This document shows, in pieces, positions 46,890 through 55,822 of a DNA stretch of 64,000 nt; position 1 is the first letter of the stretch, and each line of letters begins with the position of its first letter. The notes beneath the pieces are model-generated. The model ran no database searches. It was not told the DNA's origin and was given only the letters and a program-made list of their open reading frames with translations. Origin of the DNA: an uncultured Chloroflexia bacterium (GTDB taxonomy: Bacteria; Chloroflexota; Limnocylindria; Limnocylindrales; CSP1-4); assembly GCA_963713285.1 (NCBI GenBank), contig CAVQLA010000014.1, positions 140,566 through 204,565 on the forward strand, in the 5' to 3' direction. The position numbers and the translations under genes are program-made.

Positions 46890-47783
46890 ATGTCGTTCAA
46901 CCCCGGCGCAAAGCTCGATCCATCTCAGGTCGAGGACGTCCGCGGGTCGCGGATCGGGAGGCGTGGACTGACCGTCGGCGGCGGCGGGATCGGGCTCGTC
47001 GTCGCCCTCGTGTGGGTCCTCCTGGGAGGCAGCCCGTCGACCGGCGGGACACTCGGCAGCCTGGTCGACCAGACGGTCGGCGGTGGCGCCGGCGAGCCGG
47101 CGCCGGCCAGCACTGCCCTCGCCAACGAGTGCAGGACCGGTGCCGACGCGAACGCCCGGGACGACTGCCGGATCGTCGGCTACATCAACAGCATCCAGGC
47201 CTACTGGACCAGCGAGTTCGCCGCCTCGGGCCAGCGCTACGTCGGGGCGAAGACCACCTTCTTCACCGAGCAGATCAGCACCGGCTGCGGCGTCGCGTCG
47301 TCGGCCAGCGGTCCGTTCTACTGCCCGAGCGACACGTCCGTCTACATCGACCTCGGCTTCTTCGACGAGCTGCGCTCGAAGTTCGGGGCCCAGGGAGGCC
47401 CGTTCGCGCAGGCATACATCCTGGCTCATGAGTACGGCCACCACGTCCAGGATCTCGTCGGAACGCTCTCGGGCGGGACAAGCCAGGAGGGGGAGGCCGG
47501 GCAGTCGGTCCGGACCGAGCTCCAGGCCGACTGCTACGCTGGCGTCTGGGCGAACCACGCGGCCGCGACCAACTACCTCGTGCCGCTCACGGGCGCGGAC
47601 ATTGCCGACGCCCTCGATGCCGCGAGGGCCGTCGGAGACGACCGGATCCAGAAGGAGATGCAGGGCCAGGTCAACCCCGAGACCTGGACCCACGGCTCGT
47701 CCACCCAGCGCCAGAAGTGGTTCACGATCGGCTACGAGTCCGGGTTGCCGGATCGCTGCGACACGTTCAGCGGTAGCCCCTGA
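46890..47783 (+). CDS. Putative neutral zinc metallopeptidase (YpfJ-like), membrane-anchored
   Basis: N-terminal TM ([16 protein letters not shown]), HEYGHH zinc-binding motif, and conserved Cys pairs. Confidence 0.8.
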   Translation: MSFNPGAKLDPSQVEDVRGSRIGRRGLTVGGGGIGLVVALVWVLLGGSPSTGGTLGSLVDQTVGGGAGEPAPASTALANECRTGADANARDDCRIVGYINSIQAYWTSEFAASGQRYVGAKTTFFTEQISTGCGVASSASGPFYCPSDTSVYIDLGFFDELRSKFGAQGGPFAQAYILAHEYGHHVQDLVGTLSGGTSQEGEAGQSVRTELQADCYAGVWANHAAATNYLVPLTGADIADALDAARAVGDDRIQKEMQGQVNPETWTHGSSTQRQKWFTIGYESGLPDRCDTFSGSP

Positions 47784-47846
47784 GACCAGGAGGGACGGAG
47801 CGGCCGACGAGCTGGACGGGCTCGTCGGCCGCCGATGTCGGGACGA

Positions 47847-48233
47847 CTACGCCGGGACGAAGTGGTCGGCCTCGTCGCCGTCGGCCTCGGCCTTCGTGCG
47901 GTGGATCGTGCCCGGCGCGTGCTGCGGCGGTGCATACACCGTGTAGAGGCGGAGGTCGCCGGACCCGGAGTTGACGAAGTTGTGGCGTGTTCCCGCCGGG
48001 ACGTGGACGAGACGGTCGGGTCCCACCGGACTCTCCTGGCCATCGAGAGTGGCGACTCCCTCACCCTGGACGAACGCGAGGACCTGGTCCACGTGCTCGT
48101 GGGTCTCCTCGCCGATCTCGCCCCCGGGCGGGATGCTCATCACGACGACCTGGGCGTTCGCCCCCGTCGAGAGGACCTGTCGGAAGAAGGCGTTCGCCTT
48201 TGCGGCTGCGACGATGTCGACGTTGAATGCCAT
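47847..48233 (-). CDS. Cupin-domain protein
   Basis: Cupin motifs G(X)5HxH-like (ETHEHVDQVLAFVQGEG) and GxxxxxPxGxxH (VHVPAGTRHNF). ATG at 48231-48233 preceded by GAGAGG. Confidence 0.65.
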   Translation of the reverse strand: MAFNVDIVAAAKANAFFRQVLSTGANAQVVVMSIPPGGEIGEETHEHVDQVLAFVQGEGVATLDGQESPVGPDRLVHVPAGTRHNFVNSGSGDLRLYTVYAPPQHAPGTIHRTKAEADGDEADHFVPA

Positions 48234-48370
48234 GTTGCACCTCTCGTGGTGGGCCGCCGACGCACGGTCGCCACCTTCAGGACGAAGTCCCGCGCCATCC
48301 GGCAACCGGTGACGCTCGGCTGGATGGGTGGACAGACAGGGCCGGCCCGGCCACGGTCACAGGTGTCGGG

Positions 48371-48778
48371 TCAGGCCGGCTGGCGCCGGAAGATGCCGAC
48401 GGCCCACAGCACGATGAGCTCGATGACCGTCCAGCCGACGAGGGCCACGACGGCGGCGACGTCGAGCGTCGATCCCGCGGCGTTGAGGGAGTCCGTCCGG
48501 AGGATCCCCTCGAACGGGGCGACGAAGACCTGGCTGACGTCGAGGATGCCAGCCACGAGGGCGTTCGCCTCCCGCGCGTCCAGGAGCAGCAGGACGATCC
48601 GCGCCCCGATGACGAGCTGGATCAGCCCGAAGACGAGGACGACGATCCGCCGGGCCATCTCGGAGCCCCCGGGGCCCGTCCTGGTGATGCGCCGGCTGTC
48701 GGTCCGCACGGTTTCCTGGCCCGCGGGGGTGATGGGTGCCTGGGTGACGACCGTCCGGTCGACCTGGTCGATGGCCAT
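48371..48778 (-). CDS. YggT-family small membrane protein
   Basis: ARIVLLLLDAREANALVAGILDVSQVFVAPFEGILRTDSL...LDVAAVVALV matches the YggT pattern (R.LL.W....N.....I...T.P.L.P.R..IP...G.DLSP). ATG at 48776-48778. Confidence 0.65.
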   Translation of the reverse strand: MAIDQVDRTVVTQAPITPAGQETVRTDSRRITRTGPGGSEMARRIVVLVFGLIQLVIGARIVLLLLDAREANALVAGILDVSQVFVAPFEGILRTDSLNAAGSTLDVAAVVALVGWTVIELIVLWAVGIFRRQPA

Positions 48779-48874
48779 GGTGTTCTCCGTGTGCCTGTGG
48801 GGCATCCGGGGGAAGCGGGTGTACCCGCACCCCGTGGGATGCTGCTCCCGAGTGTCACCCGGAGCTGACCAATC

Positions 48875-48895
48875 GTCATGACGGCCCGTCATGAC
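48875..48895. promoter_or_regulatory. Near-perfect palindrome GTCATGACGG-C-CCGTCATGAC (copy 2 of the CATGACGG-N-CCGTCATG motif)
   Basis: Read directly from the sequence. Lies in the divergent intergenic region between the YggT-family gene (-) and the GlsB/YeaQ gene (+). Confidence 0.5.
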
Positions 48896-49004
48896 ACGGC
48901 GGGTCTCCCACGGGACACTGGCAGTCGCCTCGACCCTCCGCCGGGGGTGTTCTGCTGAAGCCGAGCACCGACGCGGCGGCGGAAGGCGGGATCCGGAGGG
49001 CCAC

Positions 49005-49271
49005 ATGGGGATCATCGCCTGGATCGTCGTCGGCGCGATCGCCGGCGTCATCGCCACCTTCATCACGGGGACCCGGGCGGGCATCGTGATGACGGTCGTT
49101 CTCGGCATCGTCGGAGCGCTCGTCGGCGGCTTCCTTGCCGGTGCCTTGTTCGGCGTCAAGGATCCGACCGGCTTCAACCTCGAGACGATCGTGGTGGCCG
49201 TGATCGGCGCGGTCATCGTCGTCTTCGTCGCCGGCCTGCTGGGCCTCGGTGGGGGCCGAAGGACGGCTTGA
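49005..49271 (+). CDS. GlsB/YeaQ/YmgE-family stress membrane protein (transglycosylase-associated protein)
   Basis: MGIIAWIVVGAIAGVIATFITGTRAGIVMTVVLGIVGALVGGFLAGALFG. GGAGGG RBS. Confidence 0.8.
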   Translation: MGIIAWIVVGAIAGVIATFITGTRAGIVMTVVLGIVGALVGGFLAGALFGVKDPTGFNLETIVVAVIGAVIVVFVAGLLGLGGGRRTA

Positions 49272-49306
49272 CCCTCATCGACAAGACGGTTTGACCCTCA
49301 TCGACA
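49267..49306. promoter_or_regulatory. Perfect 16-bp direct repeat TTGACCCTCATCGACA x2 (23-bp spacing) immediately upstream of csbD
   Basis: Copies at 49268-49283 and 49291-49306. Each contains a -35-like TTGAC. The element ends 24 nt before the csbD ATG. Confidence 0.5.
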
Positions 49307-49329
49307 GCAGACGCAGGAGAACGTTCGAC

Positions 49330-49527
49330 ATGGCAGACGAGCACACCAAGGGCGCCATCAGCAAGGCCACGGGCAAGGTCGAGGAAGGGCTCGGCAAGCT
49401 GACCGGCAACAAGGAGCAGGAGCTCCACGGCAAGGTCAAGCAGGTCCAGGGGGCAGGGCAGCAGACCCTGGGCGACATCCAGGACGCCGTCCGGGGGCCC
49501 AAGGACAAGGACAAGGAAGAGGCCTGA
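49330..49527 (+). CDS. csbD: CsbD-family general stress protein
   Basis: MADEHTKGAISKATGKVEEGLGKLTGNKEQELHGKVKQVQGAGQQTLGDIQDAV... AGGAGA RBS. Confidence 0.8.
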   Translation: MADEHTKGAISKATGKVEEGLGKLTGNKEQELHGKVKQVQGAGQQTLGDIQDAVRGPKDKDKEEA

Positions 49528-49600
49528 CCGCCTGGCCAGCGCATGACCGGCTGCCAGCGACAGGCGTCATGCCCACGATGCCACCCGCGGAGGCACGCGA

Positions 49601-49807
49601 ATGCCCGCGATTCGAGCTCCTGAGGCGTTTCGACCCTCGATCCTGGCTCCGATCGCCGGCGAGCCTGTCGGGCTCGCCGGCCCCGCCCTCCTGCTGATCG
49701 CGTCGGTCGCGCTGCGCAGCCTCGCCCTCATCGCGATCGCGGGGCTTCTGATCCTCATGGTCCTCCCTGCGGTGCTCGCTGTGGCTGCCGAGGCGACCGC
49801 CGCCTGA
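49601..49807 (+). CDS. Possible small membrane protein (68 aa)
   Basis: ATG preceded by GGAGG. Two hydrophobic segments (LLLIASVALRSLALIAIAGLLILMVLPAVLAVAA). No similarity was recognised, so coding status is uncertain. Confidence 0.3.
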   Translation: MPAIRAPEAFRPSILAPIAGEPVGLAGPALLLIASVALRSLALIAIAGLLILMVLPAVLAVAAEATAA

Positions 49808-50027
49808 GCCGCGCGCAGCAGGACGAGCCGAGAGCCGAGTCAACGTCGACGAGAACGACCACGCTCGACGAAGGAAGACGACGCGGCAGCCCGCATCGTG
49901 AGGCTGCGCATCTGCCGCGATGAGCACGTTGGTGGAGCCCAACCAGATGACGGGGCGTAATGACACCCCGTCCGTCGCGGACGACAGTGGACGAACGAAC
50001 GGCGGACCGCCCGTCTCTTCGATCGGG

Positions 50028-50043
50028 TCGCACGATCGTGCGA
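50028..50043. promoter_or_regulatory. Perfect 16-bp palindrome TCGCACGATCGTGCGA
   Basis: Read directly from the sequence. Lies 55 nt upstream of the 50098 start codon, in a locally lower-GC stretch. Confidence 0.45.
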
Positions 50044-50097
50044 GTGGCACGCATTCGCGGCAGCCGCGCCTGGCGGTTCAACCAGAAGGAGAGACAG

Positions 50098-50355
50098 ATG
50101 ATTGACAAGCCACCGCCGGCGCCCGTGATGCCCGGCGACTTCGCGTCCGGGGAGCGGACCGACACCCCGACACCGGAGGAAGCGCGGGAGGAGGCCCTCC
50201 AGGGCGACTTCGCCTCTGGCGAGCGGTCCGAGCTCCCGACACAGGAGGAAGTGCTCGAGGAGGGCCTCCACGGCGACTTCGCCGCTGGCGAGCGCACGGA
50301 GCCCCTCACCCCGGAGGACGACACTGCGGGGACCTTCGCCGACACCAGCCGCTAG
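50098..50355 (+). CDS. Small acidic repeat protein (85 aa; three 23-aa GDFA(S/A)GER...PT.EE repeats), predicted disordered
   Basis: AAGGAGAGACAG precedes the ATG. Reads MIDKPPPAPVMP, then GDFASGERTDTPTPEEAREEALQ / GDFASGERSELPTQEEVLEEGLH / GDFAAGERTEPLTPEDDTAGTFADTSR. Confidence 0.5.
   Translation: MIDKPPPAPVMPGDFASGERTDTPTPEEAREEALQGDFASGERSELPTQEEVLEEGLHGDFAAGERTEPLTPEDDTAGTFADTSR
50134..50340. repeat. 3 x 69-bp tandem direct repeat (ggcgacttcgc...ggcgagcg...) inside the 50098 gene
   Basis: Repeat units start at 50134, 50203 and 50272 (period 69 bp). Confidence 0.8.
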
Positions 50356-50778
50356 ATCGTTCGCCAGGCGCCCGCCGCCGCCCCCCGCCGCCCCCCGGCG
50401 GCCCCGCCCCGTGAATGCGCGGAGCCCCGGCCAGTTGAGCCGGGGCTCTGTTCGTTGGGGCCGTGGTTGGCTGCGGCCGGCTGCGCCTACAGGATGCTCT
50501 GGCCGGTCCGCCGGTCGAGTGCCGTTCAGCCGGCACCGGGCCCGACGAGCAGCTACTCGGTTCTCACCAGGGGGTTCTCGACGAGAACGGAGCCGTAGGT
50601 GAGGGTGCGCTGGCGCTTCGTCGGGTCGGCGGTGTCGACCGCGTAGCCCGCGTAGCGCTCGAGGAGCGACGGGGCAGTACTTGTTCGTCCTGCCACAAAG
50701 GCCCGGTGGTCATCTGGGCACCGCCACCTCGGCGCGGTACGGTGGTCACGATCACGCGCAGCCAAGGGGGGACCGAGA

Positions 50779-51531
50779 GTGCCGGATCAGCGTCCCGGGC
50801 GGACGGCAGCCCGACCACATGTCATCCGGATGGTTCTCGTCGAGAAGCACGCCCTGGTGCGCGCCCTGCTGCGGGAGATCGTCGGGGGGCAGCCCGACAT
50901 CGACATCGTCGCCGAGGTCGCCGACGTCGAGGACGCGATCGAGATCATCCGGGACGAGACACCCGATGTCGTCCTCGTCGATACGGACGTACCGATCTCC
51001 CTGGTGGTCCCGGCGGTCCAGCGGCTGAAGCGTGAATGCCCGGGCTCGCCGGTCGTCCTCCTGGGTCATCGCCGCAACGACGACGATCTCTTCGCGGCAC
51101 TTCAGGCTGGAGTCGCTGCCCACGTTCTCGACGACGCCCGGCCGAGTGAGCTTCTCCGTACCATCCGCGCCGCGGCCGCGGGCGAGTATCCGATCGACGC
51201 CGCCGTCGCGGCGCGGCCGGTCGTGGCGCGCCACGTGCTGGAGGCATTTCGGGACGCGTCGCTTCTCGGCGAGGTCGCGTCGGCCGACCTCGCGGCAACC
51301 GCCTTCACGCCGCTGTCGCCACGCGAGATGGAGGTCCTGGAGGCGATCGCGCAGGGCCTGACGAACAGGGCCGTCGGCGAGGCGCTGTCGATCAGCGAGC
51401 GCACCGTCAAGAACCACGTGTCGAGCATCCTGCGCAAGCTTGCGGTCAACGGCCGCACGCAGGCCGTGCTGTTCGCGCTGAAGAAGAGCTGGATCGGCAT
51501 CTCGGACGCGCCGCCGCTCCGTCGCAACTGA
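50779..51531 (+). CDS. NarL/LuxR-family response regulator (orphan; receiver with VEKH in place of the usual DD pocket)
   Basis: Receiver RMVLVEKHALVRALL...VVLVDTDVP. C-terminal LuxR HTH LSPREMEVLEAIAQGLTNRAVGEALSISERTVKNHVSSILRKL. The start is at 50779 or ATG 50830. Confidence 0.8.
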   Translation: MPDQRPGRTAARPHVIRMVLVEKHALVRALLREIVGGQPDIDIVAEVADVEDAIEIIRDETPDVVLVDTDVPISLVVPAVQRLKRECPGSPVVLLGHRRNDDDLFAALQAGVAAHVLDDARPSELLRTIRAAAAGEYPIDAAVAARPVVARHVLEAFRDASLLGEVASADLAATAFTPLSPREMEVLEAIAQGLTNRAVGEALSISERTVKNHVSSILRKLAVNGRTQAVLFALKKSWIGISDAPPLRRN

Positions 51532-52277
51532 GACCTCACCAGGCCCCCAGCCGATGCGGGCTCGCGGGCACCGATGACGTCGGGCCCCGTCGCCCTGCGT
51601 CGGGCGCGGCCGCCCTGGGCCGGTCCACAGGCCGGCCCGCCGCTCAGCCTGCGCTCGCCGCCTCGTCGTCGAGGCCCGCGACGCGCCATCGTCCGAGCTC
51701 GGCGACCTCGCGCATCGAGATCAGTCGCTGGACCTCGTCCATGGTCCAGGCTGTGTCGCCGACCAGGATGTCGGCGAGCAAGGCGAGAGCCGCCTCTTCT
51801 GCGGCAGGGCGCGCCGGTGGGCGGCGTTCAGGGTGGGGATGCGGGCCGGTGGCCCGCGGCGGCCGGATGCGCGGAGGGGGGCACGCGCTGCCCGGGGATC
51901 GGCGGTTGCGTTGTCGGTTCATGGTCCAGGCCCGTGCATGTCGGGATGACATGGACGCGCGGACGGGCACGCACGGCCCGCTCACGCACGAGCCGAAGGG
52001 GTCGCGCCACGGCGCGGGCGCCCGAGGAGGGCTGGCCGGCGCGGAGCGAGATGAACGAGCGATGAACGATCGATGAGTGCGAGGCCTGTCGTCCGCGCCC
52101 GCGGCGACGATCCATCTTCGGTTGTGCGATGACGGTACATCGGCTCGCGCGAATTGCCACAGGTCCGAGGCATCCGGCCCCGAGATGTGGTGCGCGCTGG
52201 CACTCGATGCGGCCGATGCCCGGGCGCGGCCAGGGGCCCCTCCGTTCCGAGGGGCGCGGCGCCGTCGAGGCGTGTCG

Positions 52278-54635
52278 TCAGCGGAACGGGAACCCGGCCT
52301 CGGCCAGGCTCTGCGGCGTCACGAGCGGCGACGCCTCGCCGAAGACGCGACGGAGAAGGAAGTACTCGGGCAGGGGCCGGTCGTCCGTGACCAGGGGACC
52401 CGAGCCCGCGAACGAGGCGACCTGCCCTCCGTCGAGCCAGATGAGGCCGGGGATCGCCTCCGTCCAGCCGTCCACGGTCTTCTGCGGCGAGTCGTAGGCC
52501 CCGGAGATGTCCTCCAGGATGCCCGGCCGGGCCAGCACCTCGCGCACGGTCGCGTCGGCGAACGCCATCGGCAGGTCCGAGCCCAGCATGAAGAACCCGT
52601 AGCCACCCGGGCCCCGCAGCACCAGGACCTGCGGGAAGACGGAGGCGAACGTCCGGACGTGGGCCCGGAACTCGTCGATCGTCTGGCCGTACGGCACCCA
52701 CTGCATCATGATCCCGCCCGGGTTCAGGCGGTCGTGGCCGGCCCGGTAGTACTCCAGCGACGAGATCACGGAGACCCCGGAGCTCTCGATCGGCGGCGGC
52801 GGGTCGGTGACGACGATGTCGTACCGGCTCTCGGTGAGCGCCATGAAGTTGCGGCCGTCGGTCACCACCACGCGCCCGTTCGGGCTCGCGAGGATCTGCG
52901 CCGCGTCGGGGTAGTAGTAGCCGAACATCGTCGGGACGGACGGCACCAGCTCCACGGCATCGGTCCGCAGGCCCGCGATGACACCCGACCGGAACGCCGA
53001 TCCCATCCCGAAGGCGACCGTCAGGGCGCTCGTCGACTCCGGCCTGAGCATCAGCGGCAGGATCGGCATGAGCTTGGCATCCACCGTGAGCAGGGTCATC
53101 GACGTGCCCGTCACCCACAGCTCCGGGTACCCGGCGATCATGCCGGCCTGGACCGACGCGATCTCGTCCTCCCGGCTCGCGAAGAGCTCCCCCTTGGCCG
53201 CCTCGATCCTCGCCACCGTCGGGTCCACGAGGATGCCGCTCGTCGCGAGCGCGACGACGAGGACCACCGCCGTCCCCGTGCCGAGGCCGTACGTCGTGAG
53301 GCGCCCCAGGGCGGACCGGATCGGCGCCTTGTACGCGAGGACGATGCCCAGGCCCACGTTGACGAGGGCGATGAGGCCGATCGCGTCGGGCGAGCCGATG
53401 GCCGGGATGACGAAGAACGGGACCACGAAGGTCCCGACGATGGCGCCGACCGTGTTCGCCGCGAGCAGCAGGCCGGCGCTCGTCGCCACCTTGCCCTCCC
53501 GGCCGGCGACCAGCGCGGAGGAGGCCGGGAAGCTCAGGCCCATGATGATCGTGACCGGGAGGACCACGACCAGGACCCGCCAGAACAGGACGCTGATCAC
53601 GCCGTCGATGCGGCCCCATTCGAGGGTGAACTCGACGGGCTGGGACAGCACGAAGGCGACCCCCGCGAGCGCCAGGAAGCCGACGATCACGTTGGTCCGC
53701 GCGAGCAGGGCCACCGGGTGCCGGATCCGTCGCCGGAGCACGGTGAACAGCACGGCGCCGATCGCGATCCCGGCCAGGAAGACCACCAGGATCAACGTGA
53801 AGACGTACGTGTAGTTGCCGGTCCCCGAGGCGAGGAGCCGGGTCCACAGGACCTGGTAGGCGAGGGAGGTCAGGCCGGAGACGAACGCGACGACGAGCGC
53901 GAGCCGGGGCCGCGGGTCCTGGTCGGCGACCTCGTCCGGGATGGCCGGCGGTCCGGGTGCCGGCTCGCCGCGCGCGACCGCCTCGCCGCGCGCGACCGCC
54001 TCGGACGCCGTCGCCCGCCGCCGGAGGTCGAGGACGACCGCCATCAGCCCCGCGAGCGCGGAGCAGGCGGCCCCCACGACCAGGGTCTCGGTGAGCCCGA
54101 CGATCTCGATCAGCACCAGGCCCGCCGCCGCGGCGCCGAGGATCGCCCCGATCGTGTTCGCCGCGTACAGCCGACCGAACGCCGAGCTCAGGTGGGCCGC
54201 GTCCCGCGAGAGGTAGCGCGTGAGCGTCGGCAGCGTCGCCCCCATGAGGATCGTCGCCGGCGCCAGCGCGAGGAGGGCCAGCCCGAAGCGGACGAGGGCG
54301 AGAGCCTGGGGCGCCCCCTCGAGCGACGCGAAGGCGCCGCGGTAGACGTCGCCGATGAGCTGGAACGTGAACGGCGTCAGGAGGACGACGACGACCAGGA
54401 TCCCCTCGAGCACGCCGTAGAGGCGGAGCGGGCGCCGCACCCGGTCGGCGAAGCGCCCGCCGGCCCAGGAGCCGATCGCCATGCCGCCGAAGAACCCGGT
54501 GAGGATCGTCGAGACGGCCTGGGTGGTGTTGCCGAAGACGAGGACGAGCTGGCGCGACCACACCACCTCGTACATGAGGCCGGCCGCGCCGGACAGGATG
54601 AAGATGGCGAGGATCGGCCAGCGTCGAGAGGTCAC
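52278..54635 (-). CDS. Fused MFS-like membrane domain / spermidine-synthase-like (polyamine aminopropyltransferase) protein
   Basis: About 12 TM helices over the first ~500 aa. Then a Spermine_synth-like domain (…YDIVVTDPPPPIESSGVSVISSLEYYRAGHDRLNPGGIMMQW…). Confidence 0.85.
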   Translation of the reverse strand: MTSRRWPILAIFILSGAAGLMYEVVWSRQLVLVFGNTTQAVSTILTGFFGGMAIGSWAGGRFADRVRRPLRLYGVLEGILVVVVLLTPFTFQLIGDVYRGAFASLEGAPQALALVRFGLALLALAPATILMGATLPTLTRYLSRDAAHLSSAFGRLYAANTIGAILGAAAAGLVLIEIVGLTETLVVGAACSALAGLMAVVLDLRRRATASEAVARGEAVARGEPAPGPPAIPDEVADQDPRPRLALVVAFVSGLTSLAYQVLWTRLLASGTGNYTYVFTLILVVFLAGIAIGAVLFTVLRRRIRHPVALLARTNVIVGFLALAGVAFVLSQPVEFTLEWGRIDGVISVLFWRVLVVVLPVTIIMGLSFPASSALVAGREGKVATSAGLLLAANTVGAIVGTFVVPFFVIPAIGSPDAIGLIALVNVGLGIVLAYKAPIRSALGRLTTYGLGTGTAVVLVVALATSGILVDPTVARIEAAKGELFASREDEIASVQAGMIAGYPELWVTGTSMTLLTVDAKLMPILPLMLRPESTSALTVAFGMGSAFRSGVIAGLRTDAVELVPSVPTMFGYYYPDAAQILASPNGRVVVTDGRNFMALTESRYDIVVTDPPPPIESSGVSVISSLEYYRAGHDRLNPGGIMMQWVPYGQTIDEFRAHVRTFASVFPQVLVLRGPGGYGFFMLGSDLPMAFADATVREVLARPGILEDISGAYDSPQKTVDGWTEAIPGLIWLDGGQVASFAGSGPLVTDDRPLPEYFLLRRVFGEASPLVTPQSLAEAGFPFR

Positions 54636-54853
54636 CGGGCGTGAGGACGCACGCGCCCGGGCGACGGGCGCGTGGCACGAGTCGGGCGCGGGTTCGGCGG
54701 CACGGCCGGAAGTATGCAGCCCGATGCAGGCCCGGGCAGTGCCGTTCGCGACGACGACACTTTCGTGAGCGCCGTCGCGACGGCGTCAACCAGGTGGTCA
54801 GGGGTGCTCAGATCGGCCCGAGCGCCGCGGGTGATGCCCGGCTCACCCCGGAG

Positions 54854-55210
54854 TCACGGCTTGGCGTAGTCCGTCGCGCCGGAGAAGTCGACCACGACGA
54901 CCGGCTCGCTGCCGACGACCCACGCGTCGTGACCGGCCGGGAGCGACGAGATCCCGCCCGGGCCCACGTCGAACTCGGTGCCATCGGACATTCGGACGTG
55001 GAGCGTCCCCGACGCGTGGTACTGGAGGTGGGGCGCCTCGCACCACTCCGTCCCGGCGGCCGGCTTGACGTCCTCGGACCAGCGCCAGCCCGGCTCCAGC
55101 ACGAGCCGGCCGATCACCCCGGCTGAGGTGTTGAGGATCTCGGCCCGGCCGTGTCCGAAGGTGCGAACCTCGTCCGGCTTGGAGAAGTCTGGGTGCTCGA
55201 CCGTGCGCAT
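54854..55210 (-). CDS. Cupin-domain protein
   Basis: MRTVEHPDF...; cupin beta-barrel motifs (GHGRAEILNTSAGVIGRLVLEPGWRWSEDVKP...HLQYHASGTLHVRMSDGTEFDVGPG). ATG 55210 preceded by AAGGGGGG. Confidence 0.6.
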   Translation of the reverse strand: MRTVEHPDFSKPDEVRTFGHGRAEILNTSAGVIGRLVLEPGWRWSEDVKPAAGTEWCEAPHLQYHASGTLHVRMSDGTEFDVGPGGISSLPAGHDAWVVGSEPVVVVDFSGATDYAKP

Positions 55211-55822
55211 GAGGCGCCCCCCTTGAAGCGTGAGGCGGGTCGGACTCGCCATTGGCCCCGCGCGACGATCTAGGCGACCGTGTTGGGACGCCGCGCTGGT
55301 GGGAACCCAGAGTCCCCGTGCCCCCCACCTTGATGCCGGAATGTTCCGCCGGGTTCATGAGAGCGTCATGAGAACGTGACTCCCCGGGCCGACCGGGCCG
55401 GGAGGATCGGGCACGCGGGCGCGGAGCGGGTCAGCATCCCGACGATCTCGTCGAGAGAGCGCGGTGTTCGCCGCGCAACGAGCCGGGCGATCCGCCAGGG
55501 ATCTCCTCGCGTCCGGGCGAGCCGGTGCGGATCAAGGCGCGGCCACAGAAGGAGGGCCTGTCGGCGGCAGGCGCGTGCGGCCTCGCGACGGGACACCGAG
55601 CCGGCGTCGATCCGCCAGCGGATCGGCATCCCGAGCGCGCCGAGGTCGCCCCCACGGTTGATCGCTGGACGTGTCGGCGGGGCGAGTCCGGTGGACGGGA
55701 TCGGCTGACCTGCGGTCACGGCGGGCATCTCCGGAGCGGCTCGTCGCCCGCCGGTCGCCTCGGGGGGCGGTCGAGGTTCACGATGATCGAGGAGCCGGGA
55801 TGTGACGACGATGAGAGCCGGC

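Noticed and set aside
51644-51742. Short minus-strand ORF ending ...MDEVQRLISMREVAELGRWRVAGLDDEAASAG in the 745-bp gap after the LuxR regulator
   Set aside because: No RBS, no recognisable family, and Arg/Ala-rich composition. Insufficient evidence.
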